Origin: a virus
Taxonomy: Duplodnaviria; Caudoviricetes
Virus record (IMG/VR): IMGVR_UViG_3300036798_000159
Coordinates: 1 to 41,467 of that record
Strand: one strand, 5' to 3'
Length of the DNA: 41,467 nt
Part shown: piece after piece, positions 1 through 9,610 of the stretch
How positions within the stretch are numbered: position 1 is the stretch's first letter
Layout: each line of letters opens with the position of its first letter
Notes under the pieces: model-generated
What the model saw: the letters and a program-made list of their open reading frames with translations, nothing else
Databases searched by the model: none
What the model was told of the DNA's origin: nothing
Position numbers and translations under genes: made by a program

Positions 1-204
1 TGTGGATCGCTCCGAACGCCACCTTCTGGAGCTACACGCTGGGCGGCGCTCCGGCGCCGATCGCCTGCCCGATCCGCCGCATGTTTGAGGACAATCTAGC
101 GCAGGGGCAGGACGATAAAATCGTCGGTTCCAGCGTGTCGAAATATGGCGAGCTGCAATGGTTTTATGCGGACTCGCGGGATGGGCTGGAGTGCTCGCGC
201 GCCT
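1..204. repeat. Terminal direct repeat, copy 1 (circular assembly overlap)
   Basis: 1-204 is identical to 41264-41467 except T128 vs C41391 (synonymous GGT/GGC). Confidence 0.97.
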
Positions 205-656
205 TGGTGATTTCGCCGGACGGCTGGAGCCGCGATCTGCTCCCACGCTCGGCTTACGTCGATTTCGGGCCGCATCCTGATCCGGTGGGCGTCTCGCCGG
301 ATGGCTGGGTCTATTGGCATGAAAAAGGCAATTCCGCCGATAGCCAGCCGCTCGCCGGGTGGATCGAGTCCGGGGATTTCTACCTAGGCGAAGGGCCGGG
401 CGGGATCATGGTGAACGGGATATGGCCTGACTTCAAAAGCCAGCTCGGGCCGCTGCAACTGACCATCTATGGGCGCGATTATCCGCAGTCCACGGAGCGG
501 ACCTATGGGCCTTGGACGCTGCTCCCTGGCCAGCCGAAGAAGTCGTTTCGGATGGCGTCGCGGATCGCCCGCGTGCGCTTCGATTTCAATTCTTCACCCT
601 GCTATGCGCGCGCCGGGAAACCGGAGTTCGATGTGCAGGCGATCGGCGGACGTTGA
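1..656 (+). CDS. C-terminal part of the tail nozzle/head-closure protein (continues from 40408 across the circular junction)
   Basis: Frame is continuous with the ORF starting at ATG 40408; joined product about 503 aa, Trp/Gly-rich and beta-propeller-like; lies after the tail fibre. Confidence 0.75.
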   Translation, partial: WIAPNATFWSYTLGGAPAPIACPIRRMFEDNLAQGQDDKIVGSSVSKYGELQWFYADSRDGLECSRALVISPDGWSRDLLPRSAYVDFGPHPDPVGVSPDGWVYWHEKGNSADSQPLAGWIESGDFYLGEGPGGIMVNGIWPDFKSQLGPLQLTIYGRDYPQSTERTYGPWTLLPGQPKKSFRMASRIARVRFDFNSSPCYARAGKPEFDVQAIGGR

Positions 657-675
657 TGCGCCCGCTGATCACTCG
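653..675 (+). promoter_or_regulatory. Putative late promoter motif TTGATG-N7-TGATCACTCG
   Basis: One of five TGATCACTC copies upstream of late genes; ATG at 688. Confidence 0.55.
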
Positions 676-687
676 AAAGGCTCGGCC

Positions 688-1134
688 ATGAGCGATCCCG
701 ACACCGAAGACCTGGACGAGCTGGAGCCTGCGGCGCCGGAGGCGGAGGTCATCGACCTGAACAAACAGGTGGACCCGCTGTTGTCACAGTGGGCGCGGTT
801 CCGCGATCAGTTCGCCGAAGCGATGGGCGACGGCTTTTGGACAATCGAGGATTTGGAGCAACGGATTGCGCACCGGCGGGCGTTTTTCTTTCCCGGTAAG
901 GACGCGGCCATTGTTGGCCAGATTGAGGTCTATCCGGGCGGGGTCCGGGTGTTTCAAGCGACGTGGGCGGTGGGTGACGTCGCGGAAATTCTCAGCATGG
1001 CGCCGGGCGTCGAGGCCATGGCGCGGATGATGGGCTGCACCGAAATGCTGATCGAGGGGCGGCAAGCCTGGGCGAAAGTGCTCGGACCGCAGGGTTACAA
1101 GCTGTGGTCGGTGACGCTGCACAAGAGGCTCTAG
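688..1134 (+). CDS. Podophage virion-assembly protein, GNAT-like fold
   Basis: 148 aa; ...ARMMGCTEMLIEGRQAWAKVL...GY motif; lies between nozzle and ejection genes. Confidence 0.6.
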   Translation: MSDPDTEDLDELEPAAPEAEVIDLNKQVDPLLSQWARFRDQFAEAMGDGFWTIEDLEQRIAHRRAFFFPGKDAAIVGQIEVYPGGVRVFQATWAVGDVAEILSMAPGVEAMARMMGCTEMLIEGRQAWAKVLGPQGYKLWSVTLHKRL

Positions 1135-1137
1135 GCG

Positions 1138-2100
1138 ATGGGCCTTTCCTCGAAAAAGACCACCGGCGCGACGACTTCGCAATCGGCTGACACCTCGTCC
1201 GCCACCTCTACGCCAAGCGTCCCGAGTTGGATTCAAAACCCGTCGATGCAGGTGGCGGGGAATGTGCAATCCCTGCTGAACGCCGGACCGGCGGCGACGA
1301 CGCCGCAAATCTCCAGCCTGGAGCAACAGGCGTTCACCAACGCCGGGAACCTGGGCGCCGGAACGGGTTCCTACAACGCGGCGGGGACCACGCTGGGGAG
1401 CGTGCCAAACGTCACCGGGCAGACTGTCACCGGCTCAAGCCTGCTCGATGGCGGGTTGGATCAATATTACAACCCGTTCAAGTCGCAGGTGCTGGACCCG
1501 ACGCTGGCCGACTACGATCAACAGTCGGGGATTACACGGGCGGCGCAGGCGGCGCAGGCTGCCGCCGGGCAGGCGTTCCAGGGCTCGCGCTACGGTATCC
1601 AGGAAGCGCAGACGGAGGACAATCTGGCGCGCGGGCGGGCCTCCACCGAAGGCACGCTGTTGAATTCGATGTATGGCCAAGCGACCACGCTGGCAGATGA
1701 GGACGCGGCGCGGCGCCAACAAGCGGCGCTGGCCAATCAGTCCACCGACCTTTCCGCGCAACAATCCAATCAGTCCGCCGCGCTCCAGAAGGCGCAGCAA
1801 CTGGCCAGCCTTGGCACGGCGCAGGGCTCGGACGAGCGGGCAAACCTGGGTGTCATGGCGGGCCTGGGCGGGGTGCAGACGGACGCGGAGAACGCCATTT
1901 CGCAATATCCGCTGCAATATCAGCAACAGATTGAGGGGCTGTTGTCGGGCCTGAATCCGTCGCTCTACACCGGCAAGACGGTGGACACCTCCGGGACGTC
2001 TACGGGCTCCGGCACGTCTACCTCCACCACCTCGGACCCGATGGGAACGATTGGCCAAATCGCCAAGATTGCGGCGCTGTTCGCCCCGGTTCCGGCTTAG
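1138..2100 (+). CDS. Internal virion/DNA ejection (pilot-like) protein
   Basis: Gln/Ala/Gly/Thr-rich; YYNPF..V and AFQGSRYGIQEA motifs typical of podophage ejection proteins. Confidence 0.65.
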   Translation: MGLSSKKTTGATTSQSADTSSATSTPSVPSWIQNPSMQVAGNVQSLLNAGPAATTPQISSLEQQAFTNAGNLGAGTGSYNAAGTTLGSVPNVTGQTVTGSSLLDGGLDQYYNPFKSQVLDPTLADYDQQSGITRAAQAAQAAAGQAFQGSRYGIQEAQTEDNLARGRASTEGTLLNSMYGQATTLADEDAARRQQAALANQSTDLSAQQSNQSAALQKAQQLASLGTAQGSDERANLGVMAGLGGVQTDAENAISQYPLQYQQQIEGLLSGLNPSLYTGKTVDTSGTSTGSGTSTSTTSDPMGTIGQIAKIAALFAPVPA

Positions 2101-2109
2101 GAGTCGATC

Positions 2110-2979
2110 ATGGGTTTCCTCGATAACCTAAGCTCGATGTGGAACGGGACCACGCCGCAGCTCGCGCAAACGCCGGGCGCCTCAGGCGGGGCGGCTTATG
2201 CACCGCCGACGATGCAGGCGCCCACGGCGGGCGCTCCGGTTGATCCATTTTCGACGGCTGCCGCGCCAACACCGGGCGCCTACATGGGGCAAATTCAGAC
2301 ACCGCCGCAGTTCGCGCCAACCGGCCAAACCGGCGGCGGCCTGCTGGATAGCCTGCGCACGCCGGACTCGCGCGGGCTGACGTTCGGCGACAAGCTGTGG
2401 GCGGCGGGGAGCGTGCTCCAGGGCGACTCCGGCGGCGCGGCGAGCTATCTGCAAAATCAGCGGCAAATGGCGACGCAGGAAACCGACAAGCAGCGGGCGC
2501 AACGGATTCAGCAACAAGGCTTGGACGCGCTGCGCAACAACGTCGATCCGACGACGGGCCAGCTCAACATTCAAGGTTATCTGAAGGCGCTTCCGGCGGG
2601 TGGCGACCTGGATCAGGGGCTTGCGGTGCGTAAGGCGCTCCAGCCTGAGCATTCAATCATCACGCCTGGAGCCGAAGGGGCGCTCGATGTGGCGCGCGAT
2701 CCCAACACCGGGGTTCCGTCGATTACCCGGCTGGCGCCGCGTGACTTTAGCAAGAGCCTGACGCTGGCGGACGGGACGCCGAATTATGATCTGATCCGGG
2801 CGCAGGCGGCGGACGCCAAGGCGAAGTCGGACGCGCTGTTCCCAAATCAGATGTCGTTGAAGTCCAACCGGGCGCCGCCTAAGGCTGGAGGCGCTGGAGG
2901 CGGCGCGCTATCGGGTCCGCAGCTCAAGGCGGCGCTGGCGGCTCGCCGGGCGCAGCTCCTGGCGGCACAAGGCGGATGA
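2110..2979 (+). CDS. Putative internal virion/ejection protein
   Basis: 289 aa; GGAG-like RBS; synteny. Confidence 0.55.
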   Translation: MGFLDNLSSMWNGTTPQLAQTPGASGGAAYAPPTMQAPTAGAPVDPFSTAAAPTPGAYMGQIQTPPQFAPTGQTGGGLLDSLRTPDSRGLTFGDKLWAAGSVLQGDSGGAASYLQNQRQMATQETDKQRAQRIQQQGLDALRNNVDPTTGQLNIQGYLKALPAGGDLDQGLAVRKALQPEHSIITPGAEGALDVARDPNTGVPSITRLAPRDFSKSLTLADGTPNYDLIRAQAADAKAKSDALFPNQMSLKSNRAPPKAGGAGGGALSGPQLKAALAARRAQLLAAQGG

Positions 2980-2987
2980 GGTGATTC

Positions 2988-3818
2988 ATGCCGGGCGGTT
3001 ACACACTCGACCAAATCAACAACATGGGCCTGGACGAAATCAACGCCGCGTCCGGCGGGCTCGGCATGAAAAATATGGATGCTCCGGTCAACGCGGAGGA
3101 TCAGGCGGCATTGACGAAAATGGTGGCGGACGTCGAGCCGGTGCGAAACCGGGCGCTCGCGGCGCGGCAATTTATGGATGCGGCGAAGGGTGTTCCAACC
3201 GGACCGCGATACGGCAAGGTTCCGGTGCTCGGGGGCGATGCGCAGTCGCTTTATCGGCGCCAGCTCGCTAGCTCGAATCCTGAGCTGGAGGCGAAGCTTG
3301 AAAACCTGGAGTCGATCAACTCCGAAAACTGGCCGCAGGAACGTCCGACAGCCTCCGGCCCGATCCGCACGATTGAGGCGCAGGGCTGGAAAAGCGCTTT
3401 CCCGTCGATCGTGAACCTGGGCGACGCCGATCAGGCGATTACGGATCGCGATTGGCAAACCTACGCCGACAAGTCGAACGCCGCGACGTTCGCGCAAAAC
3501 TACGTTCACAGTGGCAAGGGCGGGACACCGGCGGCTCAGGCGGCCTTTGAGCAAACGAAACTGACGCCGAATGCGCAGGGGCGCCATCAGGCGCTTGGGG
3601 CGCAGCCGGGGGATTTCAGCGGACGGGCGCCGGGCTGGCAAACGGCGCTGCCGCCGAAACAGCTCCAGGCCGCGAAGCTCTACGGCAATTCCAACTTCCC
3701 GCCGGGACATCAGAACAACCCCTATGTTCCGCAGTCGATGGCGGAGCTGCGGCAAGTGCGCCCTGGACAATGGTTCTTGGATGACGACGGGACGCGTCGC
3801 CAAATGCCGGGCGGTTAG
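2988..3818 (+). CDS. Putative internal virion/ejection protein
   Basis: 276 aa; GAGGTG RBS; synteny. Confidence 0.55.
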   Translation: MPGGYTLDQINNMGLDEINAASGGLGMKNMDAPVNAEDQAALTKMVADVEPVRNRALAARQFMDAAKGVPTGPRYGKVPVLGGDAQSLYRRQLASSNPELEAKLENLESINSENWPQERPTASGPIRTIEAQGWKSAFPSIVNLGDADQAITDRDWQTYADKSNAATFAQNYVHSGKGGTPAAQAAFEQTKLTPNAQGRHQALGAQPGDFSGRAPGWQTALPPKQLQAAKLYGNSNFPPGHQNNPYVPQSMAELRQVRPGQWFLDDDGTRRQMPGG

Positions 3819-6695
3819 ATGGGAACCTATTGGGACGCGATTCAGGCTGAAAACGCGCCACCGGGAACCGGGCGCTATGCGAAGGCTGTAGGCCTGCCAC
3901 CGGTCAAAGGCACGTCGGCGGATGATGACTACGCGTCGGCCAAGGCGGATGCGCAGAAGTCGATTGCGCAGAACAAGCCTGACGATAAGTCGATCATGGG
4001 GAAGGTGCTTTCCTGGACGGCGGGCGCCGAGAAACCGATTTTGCCGCAAACGGTCGGGGCGATCGCGGCGCTGAAAAACATGATCGGCGGAAGTCCGCAG
4101 GACACCGGCGCGGTGTATCGCGGCTATCGAGACGCTGAGCGCGGGCTGCTGGCGGACTCGTCACAAGCTAATCCGGTGTCGTCACTGACCGGCGAAACTA
4201 TGGGGCTGATGGCGGGCGGCGAGGGGCTGGGGGCGCTCGGCGCAGCGGCCAAGGCGACGGACGCCGGGCAAGCTGTCGTCAAAGCGGTGCAGGCCTCGAA
4301 ACTGGCGAAGGCGGCGGCGCCGATCGCGGCGGCCACAACGCTGCGGGTGAACCCGGCGGTGCTCGATAAGGCGGTGTCGGTTGGCAAGGCGGCGCTGGCC
4401 GGTGGCGCTACCGGTGGGCTGCTGTCCGGCCTGGAGGGTGGGAGCCCGGCGGACGTGGCGACGGGTGCGGGCTACGGCGCCGTGGGCGGTGCGGGGGTTG
4501 AGGGTATCTTGGCGCCTGCGGCTAAGGCGCTGGTCGGCGAAGCCGGGAACGTTGGGAATTGGCTGAAAGGGCTGATCGCCAATCCTGATCTGGCGCCGAA
4601 AATCTCCCAAGAAGAAATCACGGCGGCGCAGCAAGCGGCGGCGGCGCTGGCGGCGCGCAAGGGCGTGACGTCGGCGAATGTGCTTTCCAAAGCCGCGCCT
4701 TACACCGATCCAATTGCCGGGCAGATGCTGGGGACCGAAGGGCAGAACTTGACGGCGGCGCTGGCGCGGCGTGGCGGCGCCACTGGCGACGCGATGCAGA
4801 GCCTAGCCTTGACGCGGAAGGCGGCGCGGCCTGACGAAATCAAACAGGCGATGGCGGATAACCTGGGCGTCTCGCCGGACGAGGCGTCGGGCAATATCGA
4901 CGCGATCGTCAAGGCTGGCCAAGCCTCGGTGAAGCCGGGCTATCAGGCGATTGCGGATGATCCTACGGGCGTGACGTCACCGCCGCTGGAGCGGCTGCTG
5001 GCGACGCCGCAGGGCCAAAAGCTCCAGAAGTTTATCCAGCAACGGGCGGCGTTGGAGGGCAAGCCTTCTGAAGGCCTGACGTGGGCGCCAACCGAAGTGC
5101 CTGAGCCGGGGGTCGGGGTGAATCCGGTGGATGCGCCGATTGAAGGCCGCAAGCTGCTGACGGGCGCCGAACCGCCGCCGGACCTAGGGCCTGCGCCGCA
5201 GGTGAAAGTTCCGCGTGGCCAAGCCGAACCGCCTGGACAAGGCTACTCGCTGACGCAGTGGATGGCGCGGCAAGGCGGTGCGGTGGATACCGGCGGCGCG
5301 CTGGGCGCCCTGGACCTGGGGAATATCGGGGCGCGCTCGCGCTATGCACCGCAAGAGCTGTCCACCCTGGCCGAAAAAGCGCAATCGGCAGGCTACTTCC
5401 CGCCTGCCACCGGCGGCCAAGACGTCACCACCGGCGAAGAGCTGGTGAAGGCCTTGGCGGATGAGGCGGCGGGACGGCGGACGCTTTACGCGAAGGGCGC
5501 GAATGACAAGCTGGCGCAGTCCTTCGCGGCGCGCGAGGCGGCGGAGGCGCAAAATCGGTCGCTGGCCAATCAGCATTGGAACGATCAGCAAGACGCGACG
5601 TCGGCGCATCAGGCGCAGCAACAGGCGGACGCTGAAGAGCTGGCCGCGTGGCACAAGCAAATGGATGAAATCGGCGGCGCCGACGACTATCGGTCGCTCG
5701 GTACGGGGCAGGAACCGCCGCCGGAAGGCTATAGCGAGCGCCCGGCGCCGCAAACCGAACCCACGCCAACGAGTGGCCTGACGCCGCAAAGCCTCGTGCG
5801 GATTCATCAGGAAGCGGGCAAGGCGGTGAAGCGGGAATTCGGTGTTCCGGTGAACACCACGAGCAACAAGCTGATGGATTCGTTCCGGGGGCGGATCGGC
5901 GAGCTGTTGGCCGGTGATGAGAATGGGGCTGGCGCGCTGATCCCTGGCTATCGGGACGATCTGAACCGGGCTGGCGACTACAAGGGGGCGCAGGGCGCCT
6001 ATGAGGATTTCAAGGGCAAGCTGACCGGCGGGCGGATGGATGACTTTGGCAAGGCGGTGGCCAGCCTGCGGGATCGGCAAGGAAACTGGATCGGGACGAA
6101 ACTGCGCGGGGCGCAGGCGTCGCTTGCGAACGAGGCGTCTGAAATGTGGGCGCGTGGCGCGCTGAAGGGCGGCAAGTTCCTAGTCCCTGGCGTGCAACAA
6201 CGCCTGGAGCTGCTGTTCGGGCGGGACGGGGCGCAGGCCTTCACAACGAAGATGGAGCGGGTTTCTGAACAGGCGGCGGCGGAGGCGCGGATGGCGCCGT
6301 TCTCCGGCTCGCCAACGGCGGCGATGACGGAGGCGATGGCTGAACAGAACGAGGCGGCGCGGAAGGCTGGCGACCTGAAGGGGATCGGTGACGCGGTGCT
6401 GTCGGCGAAGTTCGGCAAGGCCTTGGGGATCGCGGGTCGGGCGGCGAACGCCTATCGCCAAACGCCGGGCTCCACGGCGACTTTCCGCGATGAGCTGGGC
6501 CGTATCCTGACGATGAAACCGGACGAGCTGAAAGCCTTCCTGGAGCAAATGGAGGCGATGGGACCGGCGCCGAAGCCTGCGACGTCGCCGGGCCTGTCCG
6601 GGATCGTTGGCGGTGAGACGCTCGGTCATGTCTACCCTGGTGCGGCGGGGATGGGCCTCCAGGCCGCGCCTGAGCGTCGCCAGCCGCTCTATTAG
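3819..6695 (+). CDS. Large internal virion/DNA transfer protein
   Basis: 958 aa, Ala/Gly-rich with GxxxG stretches; last gene of the virion cluster. Confidence 0.6.
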   Translation: MGTYWDAIQAENAPPGTGRYAKAVGLPPVKGTSADDDYASAKADAQKSIAQNKPDDKSIMGKVLSWTAGAEKPILPQTVGAIAALKNMIGGSPQDTGAVYRGYRDAERGLLADSSQANPVSSLTGETMGLMAGGEGLGALGAAAKATDAGQAVVKAVQASKLAKAAAPIAAATTLRVNPAVLDKAVSVGKAALAGGATGGLLSGLEGGSPADVATGAGYGAVGGAGVEGILAPAAKALVGEAGNVGNWLKGLIANPDLAPKISQEEITAAQQAAAALAARKGVTSANVLSKAAPYTDPIAGQMLGTEGQNLTAALARRGGATGDAMQSLALTRKAARPDEIKQAMADNLGVSPDEASGNIDAIVKAGQASVKPGYQAIADDPTGVTSPPLERLLATPQGQKLQKFIQQRAALEGKPSEGLTWAPTEVPEPGVGVNPVDAPIEGRKLLTGAEPPPDLGPAPQVKVPRGQAEPPGQGYSLTQWMARQGGAVDTGGALGALDLGNIGARSRYAPQELSTLAEKAQSAGYFPPATGGQDVTTGEELVKALADEAAGRRTLYAKGANDKLAQSFAAREAAEAQNRSLANQHWNDQQDATSAHQAQQQADAEELAAWHKQMDEIGGADDYRSLGTGQEPPPEGYSERPAPQTEPTPTSGLTPQSLVRIHQEAGKAVKREFGVPVNTTSNKLMDSFRGRIGELLAGDENGAGALIPGYRDDLNRAGDYKGAQGAYEDFKGKLTGGRMDDFGKAVASLRDRQGNWIGTKLRGAQASLANEASEMWARGALKGGKFLVPGVQQRLELLFGRDGAQAFTTKMERVSEQAAAEARMAPFSGSPTAAMTEAMAEQNEAARKAGDLKGIGDAVLSAKFGKALGIAGRAANAYRQTPGSTATFRDELGRILTMKPDELKAFLEQMEAMGPAPKPATSPGLSGIVGGETLGHVYPGAAGMGLQAAPERRQPLY

Positions 6696-6739
6696 GGGTT
6701 GGCGGCTACCCTACTAGCCGAACGGGCCTAGCGGTCTTC

Positions 6740-6949
6740 CTAGGCCTTCTTCTTCGGCTGGTAGTTAGCGACGATCACCACGCCGACGACGGCGACGATA
6801 AACCACCACCCGCCTAGCCATGTGTAACCGGCGAACAGGACGCCGATCGCGAGGGCGGCGACGAGCGCCAACCCGGCAAAAACCAACAACACGTCTAGGA
6901 AGCAAAGGGCGAGGACGGCGAGGACGATCCCGGCGGCAATTGTGAACAT
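6740..6949 (-). CDS. Small membrane protein (possible superinfection exclusion or moron)
   Basis: 69 aa hydrophobic, MFTIAAG...PKKKA; CCCACACAC motif upstream. Confidence 0.5.
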   Translation of the reverse strand: MFTIAAGIVLAVLALCFLDVLLVFAGLALVAALAIGVLFAGYTWLGGWWFIVAVVGVVIVANYQPKKKA

Positions 6950-7041
6950 TTGATCACTCGTAGGTTTCTGTGTGTGGGCGCCGAAATTAGCCGGTGGCCT
7001 CTCGGGCGCAATGCGTTGCGTCGTCACATTGGGAGCTGGCC

Positions 7042-7212
7042 ATGAGCCTGCTGGTCTTCGCGCTGCTGGTGCTGATCGTCGTCGGGATCATTTGCGCCAT
7101 CGCCTATTACATTCCCTTCCCGCCGCCGCTGCTCTGGCTGAAGTGGGTGATCCCCTGCGTCGTGCTGCTGATCGCGGTGCTGCTGATCCTCCAGCGGATG
7201 GGCGTGGTCTAG
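7042..7212 (+). CDS. Small two-TM membrane protein (holin-like candidate)
   Basis: 56 aa with two hydrophobic helices; GGGAG RBS; TGATCACTCG motif at 6951. Confidence 0.55.
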   Translation: MSLLVFALLVLIVVGIICAIAYYIPFPPPLLWLKWVIPCVVLLIAVLLILQRMGVV

Positions 7213-7442
7213 GACCGGACGATTTCCACAACGGTCATTTGATCGAAATGCACGAGCCGCAACGGTAGCTTGCCGGTCTGCTCGATGAGGATTGGCCGCA
7301 GGCTTTCGATGCGCTCGCGGTCGGCGCCGATCACTGGAACAACCATGCCGTTGTCGAGGCCTATGGCGGGGATGCCTTCGCCTCCGTCCGTCTCGGTGAC
7401 AACCCAAGCCCATAGCTCGGTGATCTGCTTGGGGGTGTGCAT
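7209..7442 (-). CDS. Hypothetical phage protein
   Basis: MHTPKQITELWAWVVTETDGGEGIPA..., 77 aa. Confidence 0.55.
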   Translation of the reverse strand: MHTPKQITELWAWVVTETDGGEGIPAIGLDNGMVVPVIGADRERIESLRPILIEQTGKLPLRLVHFDQMTVVEIVRS

Positions 7443-7454
7443 GGTAGCAAAAAC

Positions 7455-7681
7455 TCCGAATTTAGGGGAAGACTGAGGGGAAAAAGACACAGTTAACACT
7501 TTTCCGCAATGTTTTCAGAGTGGTTAGAACGCTTGCAGAGCGCCCCTATAGCGCTAAACGATAGGTTTTTGAGCCCGAAAAGGCCCTCTTTTCCCCTGTG
7601 AAGGTTGCAGAATAATCGGTTTTCAACGATGGTTTCCCGAGAGCCCGGCGCCCTGCTGGGGGAAATTTAAGGGGAAAAATC
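7455..7681. other. Putative attP region with integrase arm-type repeats
   Basis: AT-richer intergenic stretch directly upstream of int; paired GGGGAA(AAA) direct repeats at about 7462-7485 and 7657-7680, plus an inverted copy at about 7589-7597. Confidence 0.5.
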
Positions 7682-9016
7682 GTGGCGACCTTCTTCAACT
7701 GCGACGCCGACGTGAAGGCGATCGCCAAGCCGGGCAAGACGCATGACGGCGACGGCCTGTGGCTGGACGTGCGCTCGGCAACCTCGGCCTCGTGGCTGTT
7801 CAAGTTCACGGCGCCGGGCGGCAAGGTCGATGAGGTGGGCTTAGGCTCGCGCAAGAAAATCACCCTGGAGCGGGCGCGCGAGCTTAAGGGCTGGTGCATC
7901 GAACAGCTCGGCAACGGCGCCAATCCGAAAGAGCTGTTGCAGGCCGCGAAGGCGGAGGCGATCGCGCTGTCCAACGCGCCGAAGCCGAAGACGGTCTATG
8001 AGCTGGCCCGCGATCACGTCACGCTGATTGCCAAAAAGGTGAAGACGGACACCGGGCGCAAGGCCTTCGTCCGCTCGATGCACGCCGACTCCATCGGCGA
8101 TATCGCGGACATGGCGCCGGGCGACGTGACGAAGGAAGCCGTCAAGGCGCTGATGGTGCTGTTCTACACTGGCCACAACGCCAAGGGTGAGCTGGTCCGC
8201 GCGCCGCGTCCGGTGCAAGCCGACGACGTGCGCCAGCGGCTGTGCAAGCTGCTGAAATGGGCGCGCGGCACGGGTCGGATCACCACGCCGGATTGGCAGA
8301 ACCCGGCGGCCTGGGAGGGCAATCTGGAGCACGAGGTCAACCGCGATTTGCACGTTCCGGTGAATCATCCGGCCTTGCCGTTCGCCGAAGTCGGGCAGTT
8401 CCTGGCCGACGTGCGGGCGCAGGATCGTGGCACGCGCGGGGTGAAGCTGGGGCTGGAGTGGCTGGTGATTTCGGGCTCGCGGGTCGGCGAGGTGACGGGC
8501 TGCGATTGGCGCGAAATTGATTGGGTGAATGACTGCTGGTCGATCCCGGATCACCGCATGAAGATGCGCCGCCGCCACCGCGTTCCGCTGACAGCGCGTC
8601 ACCACGAAATTCTCAACGAGCTGAAAGGCGGACCGGATCAGGAGGCGCCCGCGTCCGGCCTGATGTTCGTGGCGCATTCCGACACCGGCACGAACAAGCA
8701 AACCCTGCGCGACGTGCAACTGAAGGTCCGCAAAGGGATCACGCTGCACGGGTTCCGCTCTTCGTTCTCCACCTGGGCGCGGTCGGAAACCTACAAGGTC
8801 GAGCTGCCGGGGACCGGCGAGACGCGCCGCATTCGGCTCTATGACGAGGCGATGATTGAGGAAGCGCTGGCCCATGTCGTCGGCGGCGACACGCGCAACG
8901 CCTACGTCCGGGATGACTTCCTGGAGGTGCGGCGCCCGATGATGGAATCCTGGGCGGCTTACTGCGGGGTGGTGCAATCGAATGTCGTCCAGATGCGGCG
9001 GCGGCGGGCGGCCTGA
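7682..9016 (+). CDS. int: Tyrosine integrase, P4-like, with N-terminal arm-binding domain
   Basis: N-terminal PGKTHDGDGLWLDV..SW; catalytic motifs GSRVGEV, TLHGFRSSF, LAH...NAY. Confidence 0.93.
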   Translation: MATFFNCDADVKAIAKPGKTHDGDGLWLDVRSATSASWLFKFTAPGGKVDEVGLGSRKKITLERARELKGWCIEQLGNGANPKELLQAAKAEAIALSNAPKPKTVYELARDHVTLIAKKVKTDTGRKAFVRSMHADSIGDIADMAPGDVTKEAVKALMVLFYTGHNAKGELVRAPRPVQADDVRQRLCKLLKWARGTGRITTPDWQNPAAWEGNLEHEVNRDLHVPVNHPALPFAEVGQFLADVRAQDRGTRGVKLGLEWLVISGSRVGEVTGCDWREIDWVNDCWSIPDHRMKMRRRHRVPLTARHHEILNELKGGPDQEAPASGLMFVAHSDTGTNKQTLRDVQLKVRKGITLHGFRSSFSTWARSETYKVELPGTGETRRIRLYDEAMIEEALAHVVGGDTRNAYVRDDFLEVRRPMMESWAAYCGVVQSNVVQMRRRRAA

Positions 9017-9045
9017 TATCGCAAAAATGAGATAATCAAATGGTG

Positions 9046-9073
9046 AAAGGCCGCTCTTCGGGGCGGCCTTTTG
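9046..9073. terminator. Bidirectional intrinsic terminator
   Basis: AAAGGCCGCTC-TTCG-GGGCGGCCTTTT between convergent genes. Confidence 0.85.
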
Positions 9074-9077
9074 TTAT

Positions 9078-9398
9078 TCAGAGGGCGACGTAAGTTTTCC
9101 CGTCGTCATCGACCCGCCGTCCGGTGGCGGGGTGCCTATGCCAGCCGATGGGCTCGCCAACGCCGTCCCAAGCCTCCAGGGCGGCTTTGGCGTCATAGGT
9201 GGTGTGGTAGCACCAACGATCTTCTAACCCGACGTAATCGCCCCAGCGCCCGGTGATGATGGCGGTAGTGAACAGGAACGGCGCGAGGGCGGCATAGCGC
9301 CCGTCGCCAAGGTCGCGAATGAAGCGATAGCCGTTCTTGTGAAGGAACGTCGCGAAGTGGCCTTTTACAGTGGCCTGCTGGGCGGCTGCGGCGGTCAT
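9078..9398 (-). CDS. Hypothetical phage protein
   Basis: 106 aa; EDRWCY...WDGVGEPIGWHRHP..GRR motif. Confidence 0.7.
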   Translation of the reverse strand: MTAAAAQQATVKGHFATFLHKNGYRFIRDLGDGRYAALAPFLFTTAIITGRWGDYVGLEDRWCYHTTYDAKAALEAWDGVGEPIGWHRHPATGRRVDDDGKTYVAL

Positions 9399-9610
9399 TG
9401 GTCCCTCGCCTTCGCCTTGGCCTGATACACGGTCGCCGCACTGATCCTGGCCAGCAAGTCGCGGCGGGCCATTTGAACGCGACGGTTTGCAGCGTCCCAC
9501 ACCTCCAGGTGGGCGCTGTCCGGCACGCGCTCCTTTTCCAAAACGGCCTTCTCAAACCGCTTCACGAGAGTTTCCGGGCGGGTCGGCCAACGGTTGATTT
9601 TGCGCGTCAC
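9395..9610 (-). CDS. Hypothetical protein
   Basis: 71 aa; start and stop overlap both neighbours. Confidence 0.55.
   Translation of the reverse strand: MTRKINRWPTRPETLVKRFEKAVLEKERVPDSAHLEVWDAANRRVQMARRDLLARISAATVYQAKAKARDQ

Noticed and set aside
1-204. Biological terminal repeat (T7-like DTR)
   Set aside because: Falls mid-gene, so it is more simply an assembly overlap of a circular sequence
7630-7660. tRNA/tmRNA 3' fragment as att core
   Set aside because: CCCGGCGCC is present but lacks a GTTCRA T-loop and CCA end
7841-8977. Long antisense ORFs (also 2847-4049, 23916-25088, 34843-36081, 38183-39223)
   Set aside because: Shadows of GC-rich genes on the opposite strand; Arg/Pro-rich with no recognisable motifs
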